Shown piece after piece: positions 48,385 to 58,499 of a stretch of DNA of 64,000 nt. Location: the NCBI GenBank assembly GCA_050287085.1, contig JBNKBE010000002.1, positions 256,001-320,000 of the forward strand, given 5' to 3'. Each line of letters opens with the position of its first letter. Positions within the stretch are counted from its first letter, which is position 1. Below the pieces are notes generated by a model, which was not told where the DNA came from, did not search any database, and saw only the letters and a list, made by a program, of their open reading frames with translations. Source of the stretch: Polyangiaceae bacterium. Its GTDB lineage: Bacteria > Myxococcota_A > Polyangia > Polyangiales > Polyangiaceae. The translations under genes were made by a program, and so were the position numbers.

Positions 48385-50094
48385 CTAGTCGGCCATCGTG
48401 ACGCGAAGCACCTCTTCGATCGTGGTCACTCCTTCCAGGCATTTCTTGATTCCACTCATGCGTAGTGAGCTCATACCGCCCTTGATGGCGGCCGCTTTTA
48501 GCTCGGCGGTGGAGGCTCCCTGCAGCACGAGGTCGCGCAAGTCGTCGGTGAAGCGCATTACCTCGTAGAGGGCAACACGACCCTTGTAGCCGGTTCCGTT
48601 GCAGGTGTTGCAGCCCTGACCATGTTGCAGCACAGCGCCTTCGATTTGCTCTGGCGTGAAGCCGACCTCTTCCAACGTTGCCCGTTCGATCTCGATCGGC
48701 GCTTTGCAGTCTTGACAAGTGCGTCGAGCCAAACGCTGAGCTAGTACTAGGTTAACGCTGGCTGTTATCAGAAATGGCTCGACGCCCATATTGAGCAGAC
48801 GTGAGATAGTAGCTGGTGCGTCGTTGGTGTGAAGCGTCGAAAGGACCAAGTGACCCGTCAAGGCCGCCTTGACCGCGATTTCGGCAGTTTCGAAGTCTCG
48901 AATCTCTCCCACCATGATGGTGTCGGGGTCTTGTCGCAGGAAGGCGCGCAGCGCGGCGGCGAAGTTGAGGCCGATCTCCTCGTGCATCTGCACTTGGTTG
49001 ATACCGAGCAGGTTGTACTCGACGGGGTCTTCAGCGGTACTGATGTTTACGCCGGGCTGATTCAATTCGCTGAGGGCTGAGTAGAGCGTTGTGGTCTTGC
49101 CCGAGCCCGTGGGACCCGTGACGAGTACCATGCCCCAAGGCTGATGGATAGCCCAGGTGAAGTCCGCAAGGGGGCTCGTGTCGAAACCGAGCTTGGTCAT
49201 GTCGAGCTGTAGGTTCGACTTGTCCAGCAAGCGGAGGACGATCTTTTCGCCCCACATCGTCGGAAGGACGCTGACTCGAAAGTCCATCTCGCGGTCTTTG
49301 CCCAGCTTGAGCTTGATTCGACCGTCCTGCGGCAGTCGGCGCTCGGCGATATCGAGCTGGCTCATGATTTTCAAGCGGCTAGACAGAGCGTTCTTCAGCT
49401 TGAGCGGAGGCGCCATTTCCTCTTGCAGTACGCCATCGATTCGATACCGCACGCGGAGCCGCTTTTCGTAGGGCTCAATGTGGATGTCGCTGACCCCCTT
49501 GCGGATCGCGTTGAGTAGAATGACGTTCACCAGCCGCACTACAGGCGCGTCCTCGCTGGCCTTCTCGAGTTCGAGAATATTGTCGTCTTCGTCATCGGAC
49601 GTGAAGTCGATGTCCTCATCGTCCAGTTCGAAGTCCGCCATCACCTCGTCGTAGGAGGGGCCCGCGTTGTAGTAGCGGTCGGTGGCTTCGATGATCGCCG
49701 TTTCGCTCGCGATAACAGGCTCCACGTTGAAGCCCGTCAGGAACTTGATGTCGTCGATGGCGTTTAGGTTCGTCGGATCCGCCATTGCGATGATCAGCGA
49801 CGAACCGGAGCGCGAGACGGGGAGGATCTTATGCCTTTCACAGACGTCTTTGCTGACGAGTTTGATGACCTCCGAATCGACCTCATACTCGATGAGGTTG
49901 ATCGACGGCAGGCGGTATTGACTGCTGAGAAAGTCGGTGATCTCCGTGTCCGAGATGTAGCCCAGTCGCGCGAGGGTGTAGCTTAGATTGTTGCCGCTAG
50001 CGGCCTGCTCGTGTTGCGCCTGCCGGAGCTGTTGCAGGCTGATGAGCTTCTCGCGTACGAGCAACTCACCTAGGCGATTTGTCGGATTGGCCAT
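48385..50094 (-). CDS. pilB: Type IV-A pilus assembly ATPase PilB
   Basis: MshEN-like RLGELLV, SDIHIEP, RLPQDG, GPTGSGKTTT, Zn-binding CQDC/CNTC. Confidence 0.96.
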   Translation of the reverse strand: MANPTNRLGELLVREKLISLQQLRQAQHEQAASGNNLSYTLARLGYISDTEITDFLSSQYRLPSINLIEYEVDSEVIKLVSKDVCERHKILPVSRSGSSLIIAMADPTNLNAIDDIKFLTGFNVEPVIASETAIIEATDRYYNAGPSYDEVMADFELDDEDIDFTSDDEDDNILELEKASEDAPVVRLVNVILLNAIRKGVSDIHIEPYEKRLRVRYRIDGVLQEEMAPPLKLKNALSSRLKIMSQLDIAERRLPQDGRIKLKLGKDREMDFRVSVLPTMWGEKIVLRLLDKSNLQLDMTKLGFDTSPLADFTWAIHQPWGMVLVTGPTGSGKTTTLYSALSELNQPGVNISTAEDPVEYNLLGINQVQMHEEIGLNFAAALRAFLRQDPDTIMVGEIRDFETAEIAVKAALTGHLVLSTLHTNDAPATISRLLNMGVEPFLITASVNLVLAQRLARRTCQDCKAPIEIERATLEEVGFTPEQIEGAVLQHGQGCNTCNGTGYKGRVALYEVMRFTDDLRDLVLQGASTAELKAAAIKGGMSSLRMSGIKKCLEGVTTIEEVLRVTMAD

Positions 50095-50436
50095 ACTGAT
50101 CGTTCTTCGCTTCGTGACTCGTTAGCTTACCCGACACTCGATCGCGGCAAAGAAATTCCCCGTCATTGGGCGACGTTGGCAGAACGTCCAGGCGCACGGG
50201 TTGCACAAGCGAACTAGGCGCGTGAATTCCAGGCCGCCGGCCAACGGATTGGTCCCGCTGCGAGGCTCAAGTCACAGCGGTCCAGAGGGCGGGCTTCCGC
50301 TCGGTTTTCAGCTTGACGGAGCCCTTGATCGGCCCCTAAGTGCAAATCCTTATCGGAAAACTAGAGTTTCCTTTTCTGATGCGCTTCCCATCGCGTGGGC
50401 ACCTCGACCTGCGCTGCACATGCAACCGGAGACCCC

Positions 50437-51600
50437 ATGGCAAAAACCTATACCGACCTGTTTTCTGAGATCCGCGATAGCGTCAAGACGATAACGCTCG
50501 AAGAGCTCAAAGCACGATTGGAGGCAGCCGAAAGGCCCGTTCTGGTGGACGTCCGGGAGAAAGACGAAGTGCGCGGGGGCTTCATCCCGGGGGCCGTTCA
50601 CATTCCACGCGGGTTTCTGGAGATGCAGCTGGAGGGCAAGCTGCCGGACAAGAACGCGCAGGTGGTCGTGTATTGCGCGGGCGGTACTCGCAGCGCGTTT
50701 GCTGCCAAAACCATGGCGGAGCTCGGCTACGCAAACGTGCTGAGTGCCAACCCCGGTTTCGTCAGGTGGAAGGACATGGGCTACCCGGTGGAGCTGCCAC
50801 CGGAACTGACCGACGCCCAGCGCGACCGCTACTCTCGTCACCTGCTCTTGCCGGAGGTTGGCGAGCGCGGTCAGGCCACCCTGCTCAAGAGTCGCGTTCT
50901 GTTGCTCGGGGCCGGCGGTCTTGGCAGTCCCGCCGCCATGTATCTAGCGGCCGCGGGTGTGGGAACTCTTGGGCTCGTCGACGCCGACGTGGTCGACGCC
51001 TCCAATCTGCAGCGCCAGGTACTCCACGCGACATCCCGGGTCGGGATGGCCAAGGTCGACAGCGCTGAGGTATTCATCAACGAGCTGAATCCGGACGTAA
51101 GAGTCGAGAAGTACAAGGAGCGCCTGACGAGCGAAAACGTCGACCGGATCTTCTCTGGCTACGATGTCATCGTGGACGGATGTGACAACTTTCCGACCCG
51201 CTACCTCGTCAACGACGCTTCGCTGAAGCACAACATCCCGGTGGTCCACGGTTCCATCTTCCGCTTCGACGGGCAGGTGACCACCTTTTTGCCCTTCGAC
51301 GGTCCCTGCTATCGCTGCTTGTATCCCGAACCGCCACCGGCGCACCTGGCGCCATCGTGTGCGGAGGCGGGGGTACTGGGCATCCTCCCTGGCATTGTTG
51401 GAACCCTTCAAGCCACAGAGGCCATCAAGTTGCTACTGGGCCGCGGTGAGGTGCTGAAGGGACGCCTGCTCCAATACGATTCGATGAACATGACGTTCCG
51501 CAACTTCAAATTGCGACGCGACAAGGCCTGCCCGGCTTGCGGGGAGCATCGGACAATTACGGAATACATCGACTACGAGGGATTCTGCGCAGGGGTGTAG
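50437..51600 (+). CDS. moeB: Rhodanese plus ThiF/MoeB adenylyltransferase fusion (MoeZ-like)
   Basis: N-terminal rhodanese YCAGGTRS; RYSRHLL, GAGGLG, SNLQRQ, CYRC, CPAC. Confidence 0.9.
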   Translation: MAKTYTDLFSEIRDSVKTITLEELKARLEAAERPVLVDVREKDEVRGGFIPGAVHIPRGFLEMQLEGKLPDKNAQVVVYCAGGTRSAFAAKTMAELGYANVLSANPGFVRWKDMGYPVELPPELTDAQRDRYSRHLLLPEVGERGQATLLKSRVLLLGAGGLGSPAAMYLAAAGVGTLGLVDADVVDASNLQRQVLHATSRVGMAKVDSAEVFINELNPDVRVEKYKERLTSENVDRIFSGYDVIVDGCDNFPTRYLVNDASLKHNIPVVHGSIFRFDGQVTTFLPFDGPCYRCLYPEPPPAHLAPSCAEAGVLGILPGIVGTLQATEAIKLLLGRGEVLKGRLLQYDSMNMTFRNFKLRRDKACPACGEHRTITEYIDYEGFCAGV

Positions 51601-51664
51601 TGAGGCACTGGTACGGCCGCTAGGCCGCGGCGAGCGACTGAACCCGTTTCGGGGGCCGAGGCGC

Positions 51665-51690
51665 GCGCCGGGAGCTTCGGCTTCGGGCGC
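51665..51690. terminator. GC hairpin with a cUUCGg tetraloop between convergent genes
   Basis: GCGCCGGGAGC-TTCG-GCTTCGGGCGC; no U-tract. Confidence 0.35.
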
Positions 51691-51696
51691 TCTGCT

Positions 51697-52296
51697 CTAG
51701 CCTGGCCGCGGGAGCAGGGGCCTGATATGGCTCAACAAGGTGGTGAGCATCGCGTGCGAAAGCCCCCACAACGTCTTGTGGCCGACGCGGTAGCCCGGAA
51801 GGCGCAGCAGCGCACCCTTCCGGCGCAGCGCAACCTGAGTGTCCAGGTCCCCGCGGAGCAGCAGCTCCATGTCGACCCAGTGAACGTCGGCCACTTCGTC
51901 CGCCTTGAGCTTCAAGGCTCCAACGTCCGGGGCGGCGAACACGAAAGGCGCAACAGTTAGTCCACTGCCAGCGGCCCGGGCGGAAACCCAATCAAGTTCG
52001 CCCAACAGCCAGTCGGAGCGCAGCGTGAGCCCCAGCTCTTCCTGCACCTCGCGTACGGCTGTGGCCAGCAGTGTTGTGTCGCCTGGATCTCGGCGGCCGC
52101 CTGGGAACGCAAGGTCTCCCGACCACCGATCGCTTTCATGCTCGGCCCGCTCGATGACCAGCAATGACACGACCCGTCGTTGTGCCTTCCATTCGTTGCG
52201 CAAAATTATCGCTACGGCTGCCTGCTCCTGCGAGTCTTGAGTTCTGGGTGGTGCTGCGGCGAGAGCCTGCTGCAGTGCATGGGACGCGAAGGGCAC
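51697..52296 (-). CDS. Nudix hydrolase, CoA pyrophosphatase-like
   Basis: WSGDLAFPGGRRDPGD...AVREVQEELG; LWGLS. Confidence 0.88.
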   Translation of the reverse strand: MPFASHALQQALAAAPPRTQDSQEQAAVAIILRNEWKAQRRVVSLLVIERAEHESDRWSGDLAFPGGRRDPGDTTLLATAVREVQEELGLTLRSDWLLGELDWVSARAAGSGLTVAPFVFAAPDVGALKLKADEVADVHWVDMELLLRGDLDTQVALRRKGALLRLPGYRVGHKTLWGLSHAMLTTLLSHIRPLLPRPG

Positions 52297-52405
52297 GGGG
52301 GCGGATGGACAAAGGGCTACGGGACTCGTGGAGCTAACTTCGGGACACCCGAATTTGCCACAGTTTCTCGGAGCTGACGGGCGATTTTTGCTAGCCTAGG
52401 CCGCG

Positions 52406-54118
52406 ATGAAGCATCGCCTAACTGCTTTTTGCCGCGCGGCTCTGGCCGCCACTTGTTTTTCGACCCTGGTGTTGAGCGGTTCCCCGGCCCGTGCGTTTCC
52501 CGGGGTCTTCGCCGGCAAGACGGCGGCCCAATTGACGAGTCGCGCCACCCAGGTGGTGGTCATGAAGAACGGCAAGCACAGCGTGGTCACCGTCATGACC
52601 GACTACGAGGGACCCATGATGCCCTTTGCTTTGGTGCTGCCGGTGCCGGCAGACGTCGATGCCGCGCAGGTCAAGGTGCTCAAACGGGCGGACATCGAGC
52701 GACTCGAGGAGCTGACGGCCCCGCGTTTTCACGAGTTCTGGGAGATGGACCCGTGTGAGGCCGGCGAGACGCAACAGGTTTGGGAGCGGAACCTCAAGGC
52801 CAGTGCTGGCTCTGACTTTCTCGGTGGGGGCGACATGTTCAAGTCCAGCGAGAAGGTGCCGAAGGAGATGAAGATCAGCGTCGAGCCCAGTTTTCGGGAC
52901 GACGCCGAATACAAGCTTTCGGTGGTCAAGAACAATGTGGACACGTGGCTGGCGAAGAAGGGCTACAAATTGCCCGCCGGCTCGGCTGAGAAGCTGAAGG
53001 GTCATCCGGGAGCCTTCATCGTTGCGGTCGTCGATCCGCGCCAGGTCGAGTTGGGACCTACGGGAGGAGCCATGTTGTCCCCTATTCGCTACGCGACCGA
53101 TGCAGATGTTGAGATTCAGTCAACATTTGGGCTCGCCAATGCGGATCGACCACAGGAGTTGATCATCTACGTGCTGGACAAGGAGTCCCGCTACGAGGCG
53201 GCCAACTACGAAAATGCCTTTCCGCCCACGAACGTGCGTGTCGACTTTGCTGCAAAGGAACGCATGTCTGATTTCTACGCCAACCTGCACGACAAGATTC
53301 TGTTGAAGAACGGAAAGGCCGTCCTGACCGAATACGCTTGGTCGACGGCGGATTGCGGACAGCCTTGCCCTGATGCTCCATTGCACTTGAGCGAGCACCT
53401 GACGCTGGGCGGCGACGTTTTCGAGTCCTACCTGGACGACGCGGTGCGGAATCCGAAGCCGCCAGCGCGAAGCGATGAAGAGCAGAAGGCGTACGAGGCC
53501 GCCGACAAAGATGAGAAGAAGCGTCTCGACGCGCTTGTCAAAGAAGTCGCGCGTCGCAAGGCGCTGATCGAGCGCCAGGGTGAATACGTTCTCACGCGTC
53601 TGCATCATCGCTACACGGCGGCGACCCTTCCTGCCGATATCAAGTTGAAGCCCGCGGGAGCGCTTGCGGCTGGAGTAGAGGCGCCCCAAGGACCGGATGG
53701 CACGTTGCCTCCGGGGCAACAGACATCCGAGCACAACCAGGTACAAACCCGGTTCTACTTTCTCCACGAAAACAAGGCGGTCGTAAAGTGTGACAATCCG
53801 CAGCGCTACCGCTGGGGTAAGCCGCCACGGACGTACCGCGGGGCGCGGAAAGTGTGGATCGCCAATCAGCTGGCATTTCGGGACCGCAAGCGGGTCAAAG
53901 CGGAGGAGCTCGTGTGGACCGACATTCCATCGCTTGGCCTGAGCAGCAAGGCGCCCAATAGTGCGCCGGAGCCCGCGGCCAAGGTGAGTGAGCAGTCCAA
54001 GACGGACGACGGGGGGTGTTCCTTGTCTGGTTATCTAGTGTCGTCGCATAGTCCTCGCGTGCCATGGCTGCTCGCGGTTCCCTTGCTCGCGCGGCTCCTG
54101 CGCCGTCGTCGTCGCTAG
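52406..54118 (+). CDS. DUF2330-like exported protein with a MYXO-CTERM-like tail
   Basis: Signal peptide; DYEGP..FALVLPVP, TAPR..EFWEMDPC, TEYAW...C.PC, LTRLH.RY; tail GGCS-hydrophobic-RRRRR. Confidence 0.8.
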   Translation: MKHRLTAFCRAALAATCFSTLVLSGSPARAFPGVFAGKTAAQLTSRATQVVVMKNGKHSVVTVMTDYEGPMMPFALVLPVPADVDAAQVKVLKRADIERLEELTAPRFHEFWEMDPCEAGETQQVWERNLKASAGSDFLGGGDMFKSSEKVPKEMKISVEPSFRDDAEYKLSVVKNNVDTWLAKKGYKLPAGSAEKLKGHPGAFIVAVVDPRQVELGPTGGAMLSPIRYATDADVEIQSTFGLANADRPQELIIYVLDKESRYEAANYENAFPPTNVRVDFAAKERMSDFYANLHDKILLKNGKAVLTEYAWSTADCGQPCPDAPLHLSEHLTLGGDVFESYLDDAVRNPKPPARSDEEQKAYEAADKDEKKRLDALVKEVARRKALIERQGEYVLTRLHHRYTAATLPADIKLKPAGALAAGVEAPQGPDGTLPPGQQTSEHNQVQTRFYFLHENKAVVKCDNPQRYRWGKPPRTYRGARKVWIANQLAFRDRKRVKAEELVWTDIPSLGLSSKAPNSAPEPAAKVSEQSKTDDGGCSLSGYLVSSHSPRVPWLLAVPLLARLLRRRRR

Positions 54119-54262
54119 CTCAGGTGACGCGCGGCCTCGGCGACGGGGGACCGCCGCTGGGGTCGATTCTGGGAGGCGGCGGGGGCGTGTTCTCTGAGGG
54201 GGTGAGCCGACCGCAGCTTTTACGGTCGGTTGAGTTCCGGTTTCACGCTATAAGCCGGGAGG

Positions 54263-56104
54263 ATGTCGACGGAGGGGCAAGTCCAGATCCTGGCTCGCCA
54301 ACTTGAGCGAACGTTTGCCCGACTGCCCGCGGTCTTGGCGGCGTTTCCATTGGTCGGGATCTGCACTTGGTTGCCGCTACGACGTTACGTGCCCGTCTGG
54401 GTCTTCGTCGGGTGGCTGCTCACCCTTTGCGCGGTCGCCATCGGGGGCTTGATGATGGGACGGGTCTTCGCGCGCGAGATCCGACCAGACCTCCTTCGCT
54501 GGCAGCGTTGGCGTGTCATTGCGGCGGCGGTCAATGGGCTTGTGTGGGGTGGGTTCTTGGCTACGGCGCTGTTCATCCCGGGTGACGCATTACGTCAGAC
54601 CTTTGTGTTGTTCGTTGTCGGGGGCACGTCTGTGACGGCGTTGGCCAGCTCGAGCAGCCACGCGCCATCGCTCTACACCTTCCAGGTGACGAACTTGCTT
54701 CCGATAACGAGCCGACTGATCGTTGAAGGAACCGAGCCGAGCTATGCGATGGCTGGGCTTACCGTTCTCTTCTTGGTCGTGCTACTCGGTATAGGTTCCC
54801 GTACCGCTCGTAGTGAGATTGAGCTACTGCGGGCACAGAGTTCGAACGAAGCTCTGATGGAAGACCTCCGCACAGCCCATGCCAGGCTGGAAGTTGCCAA
54901 TCAGGAACTCACGGAACGCGTTGCGGCGCGGACCCGAGACCTGACCCGGGCGCTTGCTGAAAAGGAGCAGAAAGAGGCGCAATTGAGGCAGGCCGAGCGC
55001 ATGGAGGCGGTGGGGCGTCTGGCGGGCGGCGTGGCTCACGACTTCAACAACATCATGACAAGCGTCGCAGGCTTCGCGGGACTCATCTACGAGTCACTGC
55101 CGGTTGGGGATGAACGACGCGAAGACCTCGAGGAAATTCTCGACGCGGCGGAGCGCGCTTCGCAACTGACGCACCGGCTGCTGGGTTTCGCCAAGGGAGG
55201 GCTCGCGCGTCCCGAGCCGACGGAGCTCGTCGCACACCTGATCAAATTGGGGAGGATGCTTGCGCGGGTGGTTCCGGACAATGTCGAACTTTGCTGGCAG
55301 TTGCCCGATGCTGAGGTGTGGGTGTTCATCGATCCTGTGCAGCTCGATCAGTTGGTCATGAACTTGGTCGTCAACGCCAAAGAGGCTCAGCCAGATGGGG
55401 GGCGGATTGTGGTGTCCGTCTCCTCGGAGTCCTCGCTGTCGCCCGAGGCGGAGCCGGCAGCGATGGCCAAGATCGAGGTTAGCGACGACGGGCCCGGGAT
55501 CCCACCGTCCATTCTGGGGCGCATCTTTGAACCGTTTTTCACCTCCAAGGGAGCGCAGGGGACCGGGTTCGGTCTGGCCACCTGTTTTGGTATCGTCCAG
55601 CGCGCTGGAGGCAGCATTCGGGTGTTCAATCGGCCACCTCACGGAGCGTCTTTTGTAGCTTCGTTGCCGCTCTCGCTCCGAGGTCCCACACCGCCGGTGG
55701 AGTTGCCCTTGACCTCGCCTGCGGCGCCCCGGCCCAATGCCGCGACGGTCTTGGTGGTCGAAGATGAAGAAGCCATTCGCACGATTATCGAACGGGTTCT
55801 CATGTCCCAAGGGTGTCAGGTATTGCTTTCCAGCTCCGCTGAGCACGCCCTTGCGCTGCTGGCTCATCAGGAGCCGGCTCTGGTCATTAGCGACGTAGGA
55901 CTGCCAGGGATCAGCGGACTGGAACTGCGTGAGGCGGCTCGCAAGCGCGGCCTCAGCGTTCCGTTCCTGTTCATCTCGGGCTACATGGACCCCGAAAGCC
56001 TGAGCGAGCAGTCCGCGGCGGAACCCCTAAGTCTACTGACAAAGCCGTTTTCGCCGGCTCAACTCTTGGCTGCTGTGCATCATGAGCTTGAGCCGCGGGA
56101 GTGA
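54263..56104 (+). CDS. Membrane hybrid histidine kinase (TM-HisKA-HATPase-REC)
   Basis: GRLAGGVAHDFNN, NLVVNA, DDGPG, FEPFFTSK, GTGFGL, REC VVEDE...ISDVGLP. Confidence 0.94.
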   Translation: MSTEGQVQILARQLERTFARLPAVLAAFPLVGICTWLPLRRYVPVWVFVGWLLTLCAVAIGGLMMGRVFAREIRPDLLRWQRWRVIAAAVNGLVWGGFLATALFIPGDALRQTFVLFVVGGTSVTALASSSSHAPSLYTFQVTNLLPITSRLIVEGTEPSYAMAGLTVLFLVVLLGIGSRTARSEIELLRAQSSNEALMEDLRTAHARLEVANQELTERVAARTRDLTRALAEKEQKEAQLRQAERMEAVGRLAGGVAHDFNNIMTSVAGFAGLIYESLPVGDERREDLEEILDAAERASQLTHRLLGFAKGGLARPEPTELVAHLIKLGRMLARVVPDNVELCWQLPDAEVWVFIDPVQLDQLVMNLVVNAKEAQPDGGRIVVSVSSESSLSPEAEPAAMAKIEVSDDGPGIPPSILGRIFEPFFTSKGAQGTGFGLATCFGIVQRAGGSIRVFNRPPHGASFVASLPLSLRGPTPPVELPLTSPAAPRPNAATVLVVEDEEAIRTIIERVLMSQGCQVLLSSSAEHALALLAHQEPALVISDVGLPGISGLELREAARKRGLSVPFLFISGYMDPESLSEQSAAEPLSLLTKPFSPAQLLAAVHHELEPRE

Positions 56105-56124
56105 ACTGCTGCATCGGGGAGCTG

Positions 56125-58416
56125 TCAGTCGACGAGTTCAAAGGAGCTCACCAGCAGATCGCTCTCGTCCGAACTGCCGCCAACCAAGACTTCGAATGTG
56201 CCAAGTTCAATGCGCGCCAGGCCGTCAGGGCCGGGGAAAGATAGGTCTTCGCCCTGGAGACTGAAGTGCAGGGTGGCGCTCTCGCCAGGCTCCAGGTGGG
56301 TGCGTGCGAAGCGCTTGAGGAGGCGGTCAGGCGTGCTCAAGGTGGTGTATAGGTCTCGGAGGTAGAGCTGGGTGATCTCTGTTCCCGCGCGCTCACCAAC
56401 GTTGGTAACGCGCACACTGAGCCGAATCTCGCCGAGGGCTTCGTGGCTGACGCGCAAGCGGGCGGCGGCCGCGCTGTCCACCCTTCGCGGCGCGGGTGCG
56501 CTTCCGCTGCGTCGCGTCAGCGCCGGCGCGTCCGGGTCGGTCGTTTCGACCGAGCTAAGACAGAGGTGATCGTACTGGAAGCGAGTGTAGCTAAGACCGA
56601 AGCCAAACGGGTACAGGGGGCTGTCGTCGTAGCTGAGGTGTTTGTTGCCGTGCCAGCCGGGGATCTGCTGATAGTAGACGGGCAGCGCGCCCACAGTCTT
56701 GGGAAACGAGACGGTGAGCTTCCCGCTCGGATTGAGTTCTCCGAACAATGCATCGGCGATAGCCGTGCCTCCGCACATGCCGGGGTTGAACGCCTCCAAG
56801 ATCGCGCAGGCCGCATCTGCGACTGGGCCAAGGCAGAGTGGCTTGCTGTTGATGAGGACCGCAATCACAGGTGTGCCCGTTTCCAACAGCGTTTGAATGA
56901 GCGGGAGCTGACTGCCGCTCAGGTCGAGGTCCGAGCGGTCGCATTCCTCACCGATGAGTTCGAGCGTATCCCCCAGCACAACTATCGCCACATCGGCGTC
57001 CGACGCAATTTGAGCGGCTGCCGCGAGTTCCGACCGATCGTCTTTGAGTACGTCGCAACCTCGCACATAGTCCAGTGTCAGCCCCCGCTCGTGACACGCT
57101 TTGGCCATGGCGTCGCGTACCGTCACGATGCTCGTGCGTGGATGCCCCCCGGTTTCGAAGTCAGCTTGTCCGCTGCCGAAGGACCAGTCACCGAGCTGGG
57201 CTAGCGGGTCGTCGGCGTTCGCACCCAGCAGCGCGATGCGACGGATTCCGGAGCCGAGGGGGAGTATCGGCTCATTGCCGGGTTGGCTCGGCCCGTTCTT
57301 GAGCAGCACCAGGGACGCAGCGGCTGCTGCAGATAGCGCCACGCGGTGTTCATCGCAGCCAACAACTTCGGGGACGCGATCGAATTCCGGATAGCGCTTG
57401 TCGTCGAACAAGCCGAGCGCGAACTTCTGAGTGAGGACACGGCGACAGGCTTCTTCAATATCGGCCCCGACCAGCGCGCCTCGCTCGACCGCTCGAAGAG
57501 CCGCGTCGTAGAAGTCGGGAGTGCACATGATCATGTCGTTGCCGGCCTTGAGTGAAGGGGGCGTGGCCTCATCGATATTGGGGTAAAGCCTCTGCTGCGT
57601 CACGGTTCGTCCGACGTTGTTCCAGTCCGTCACGACGAAGCCTTCGAAACCCCACTCGTCTCGCAGGAGGTCGGTGAGCAGCCAGCGGTTGACAACGCAG
57701 CTGACGCCGTCGATGCATTGATAGGCTGTCATGAAGGTCCGACATCCCGCGCGGGCGACCCGTTGAAACGGAGGGAGGAAGGTGGCTCTCAGCTTGCGCT
57801 TGCTGAGGTCGGCCTCCGTTGCGTCCTTGCCCCCGACCGTTTCGGAGTACCCAGCGTAGTGCTTTGCGCACGCAAGCACCGAATCAGGCGCGGCCAGGTC
57901 GCTTCCTTGATAACCCTCTACCAGCGCTGCCCCGAGCTCGCCGATGAGGTAGGCGTCCTCACCGAAGGTTTCGCCCACTCGGCCCCAGCGCAGATCGCGC
58001 GTGATGCATAACACCGGCGAAAAAGTCCAGTGCATCCCCGTAACAGCCATTTCTCGTGCGGTGACGCGGCCCATGTCGCGCATCCGCTCTGGATCCCACG
58101 AACACGAGAGCGCAAGCTGGGTTGGAAATACCGATGCTCCTGGCCAAAAGCCGTGACCGTGAATGGCGTCGATCCCAAAGATCAGGGGGATGCCAAAGCC
58201 AACTTGTTCGGCGAGACGCTGTAGCTCGATGGTGGGCTCTCCCAGCAGATGAAGAAACGAGCCAGCGCGTTCGGTACGAACTTGCTCCTCGGCGCGCTGG
58301 CGTCCGTCTGCCTGTACGAGCTGACCGAGCTGCTGGCGAAGCGACATCCGCGCGAGAAGGTCCCGTACTCGGTCGTCGGTGGAAAGCGTGCGTTGTTGAT
58401 AGGGAAATCGAGGCAT
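56125..58416 (-). CDS. GH3 beta-glucosidase, cytoplasmic, with an Fn3-like C-terminal domain
   Basis: DAIHG, WGRVGETFGED, KHYAGY, VVTDW, SLVLLKN, YPFGFGLSYT. Confidence 0.94.
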   Translation of the reverse strand: MPRFPYQQRTLSTDDRVRDLLARMSLRQQLGQLVQADGRQRAEEQVRTERAGSFLHLLGEPTIELQRLAEQVGFGIPLIFGIDAIHGHGFWPGASVFPTQLALSCSWDPERMRDMGRVTAREMAVTGMHWTFSPVLCITRDLRWGRVGETFGEDAYLIGELGAALVEGYQGSDLAAPDSVLACAKHYAGYSETVGGKDATEADLSKRKLRATFLPPFQRVARAGCRTFMTAYQCIDGVSCVVNRWLLTDLLRDEWGFEGFVVTDWNNVGRTVTQQRLYPNIDEATPPSLKAGNDMIMCTPDFYDAALRAVERGALVGADIEEACRRVLTQKFALGLFDDKRYPEFDRVPEVVGCDEHRVALSAAAAASLVLLKNGPSQPGNEPILPLGSGIRRIALLGANADDPLAQLGDWSFGSGQADFETGGHPRTSIVTVRDAMAKACHERGLTLDYVRGCDVLKDDRSELAAAAQIASDADVAIVVLGDTLELIGEECDRSDLDLSGSQLPLIQTLLETGTPVIAVLINSKPLCLGPVADAACAILEAFNPGMCGGTAIADALFGELNPSGKLTVSFPKTVGALPVYYQQIPGWHGNKHLSYDDSPLYPFGFGLSYTRFQYDHLCLSSVETTDPDAPALTRRSGSAPAPRRVDSAAAARLRVSHEALGEIRLSVRVTNVGERAGTEITQLYLRDLYTTLSTPDRLLKRFARTHLEPGESATLHFSLQGEDLSFPGPDGLARIELGTFEVLVGGSSDESDLLVSSFELVD

Positions 58417-58499
58417 AGGTCGGGCACTCGCTTCTTAGGGCTGGACTCAATGGGTCGAGTAGTGGGCGTCGGTGACATCCCGTGACGCGGGGGAAGCCG

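Noticed and set aside
50190..50205. AGGCGCACGGGTTGCA as a sigma54 promoter for moeB
   Set aside because: The spacing fits, but the -24 match is weak and the site is about 230 bp upstream; not distinguishable from chance.
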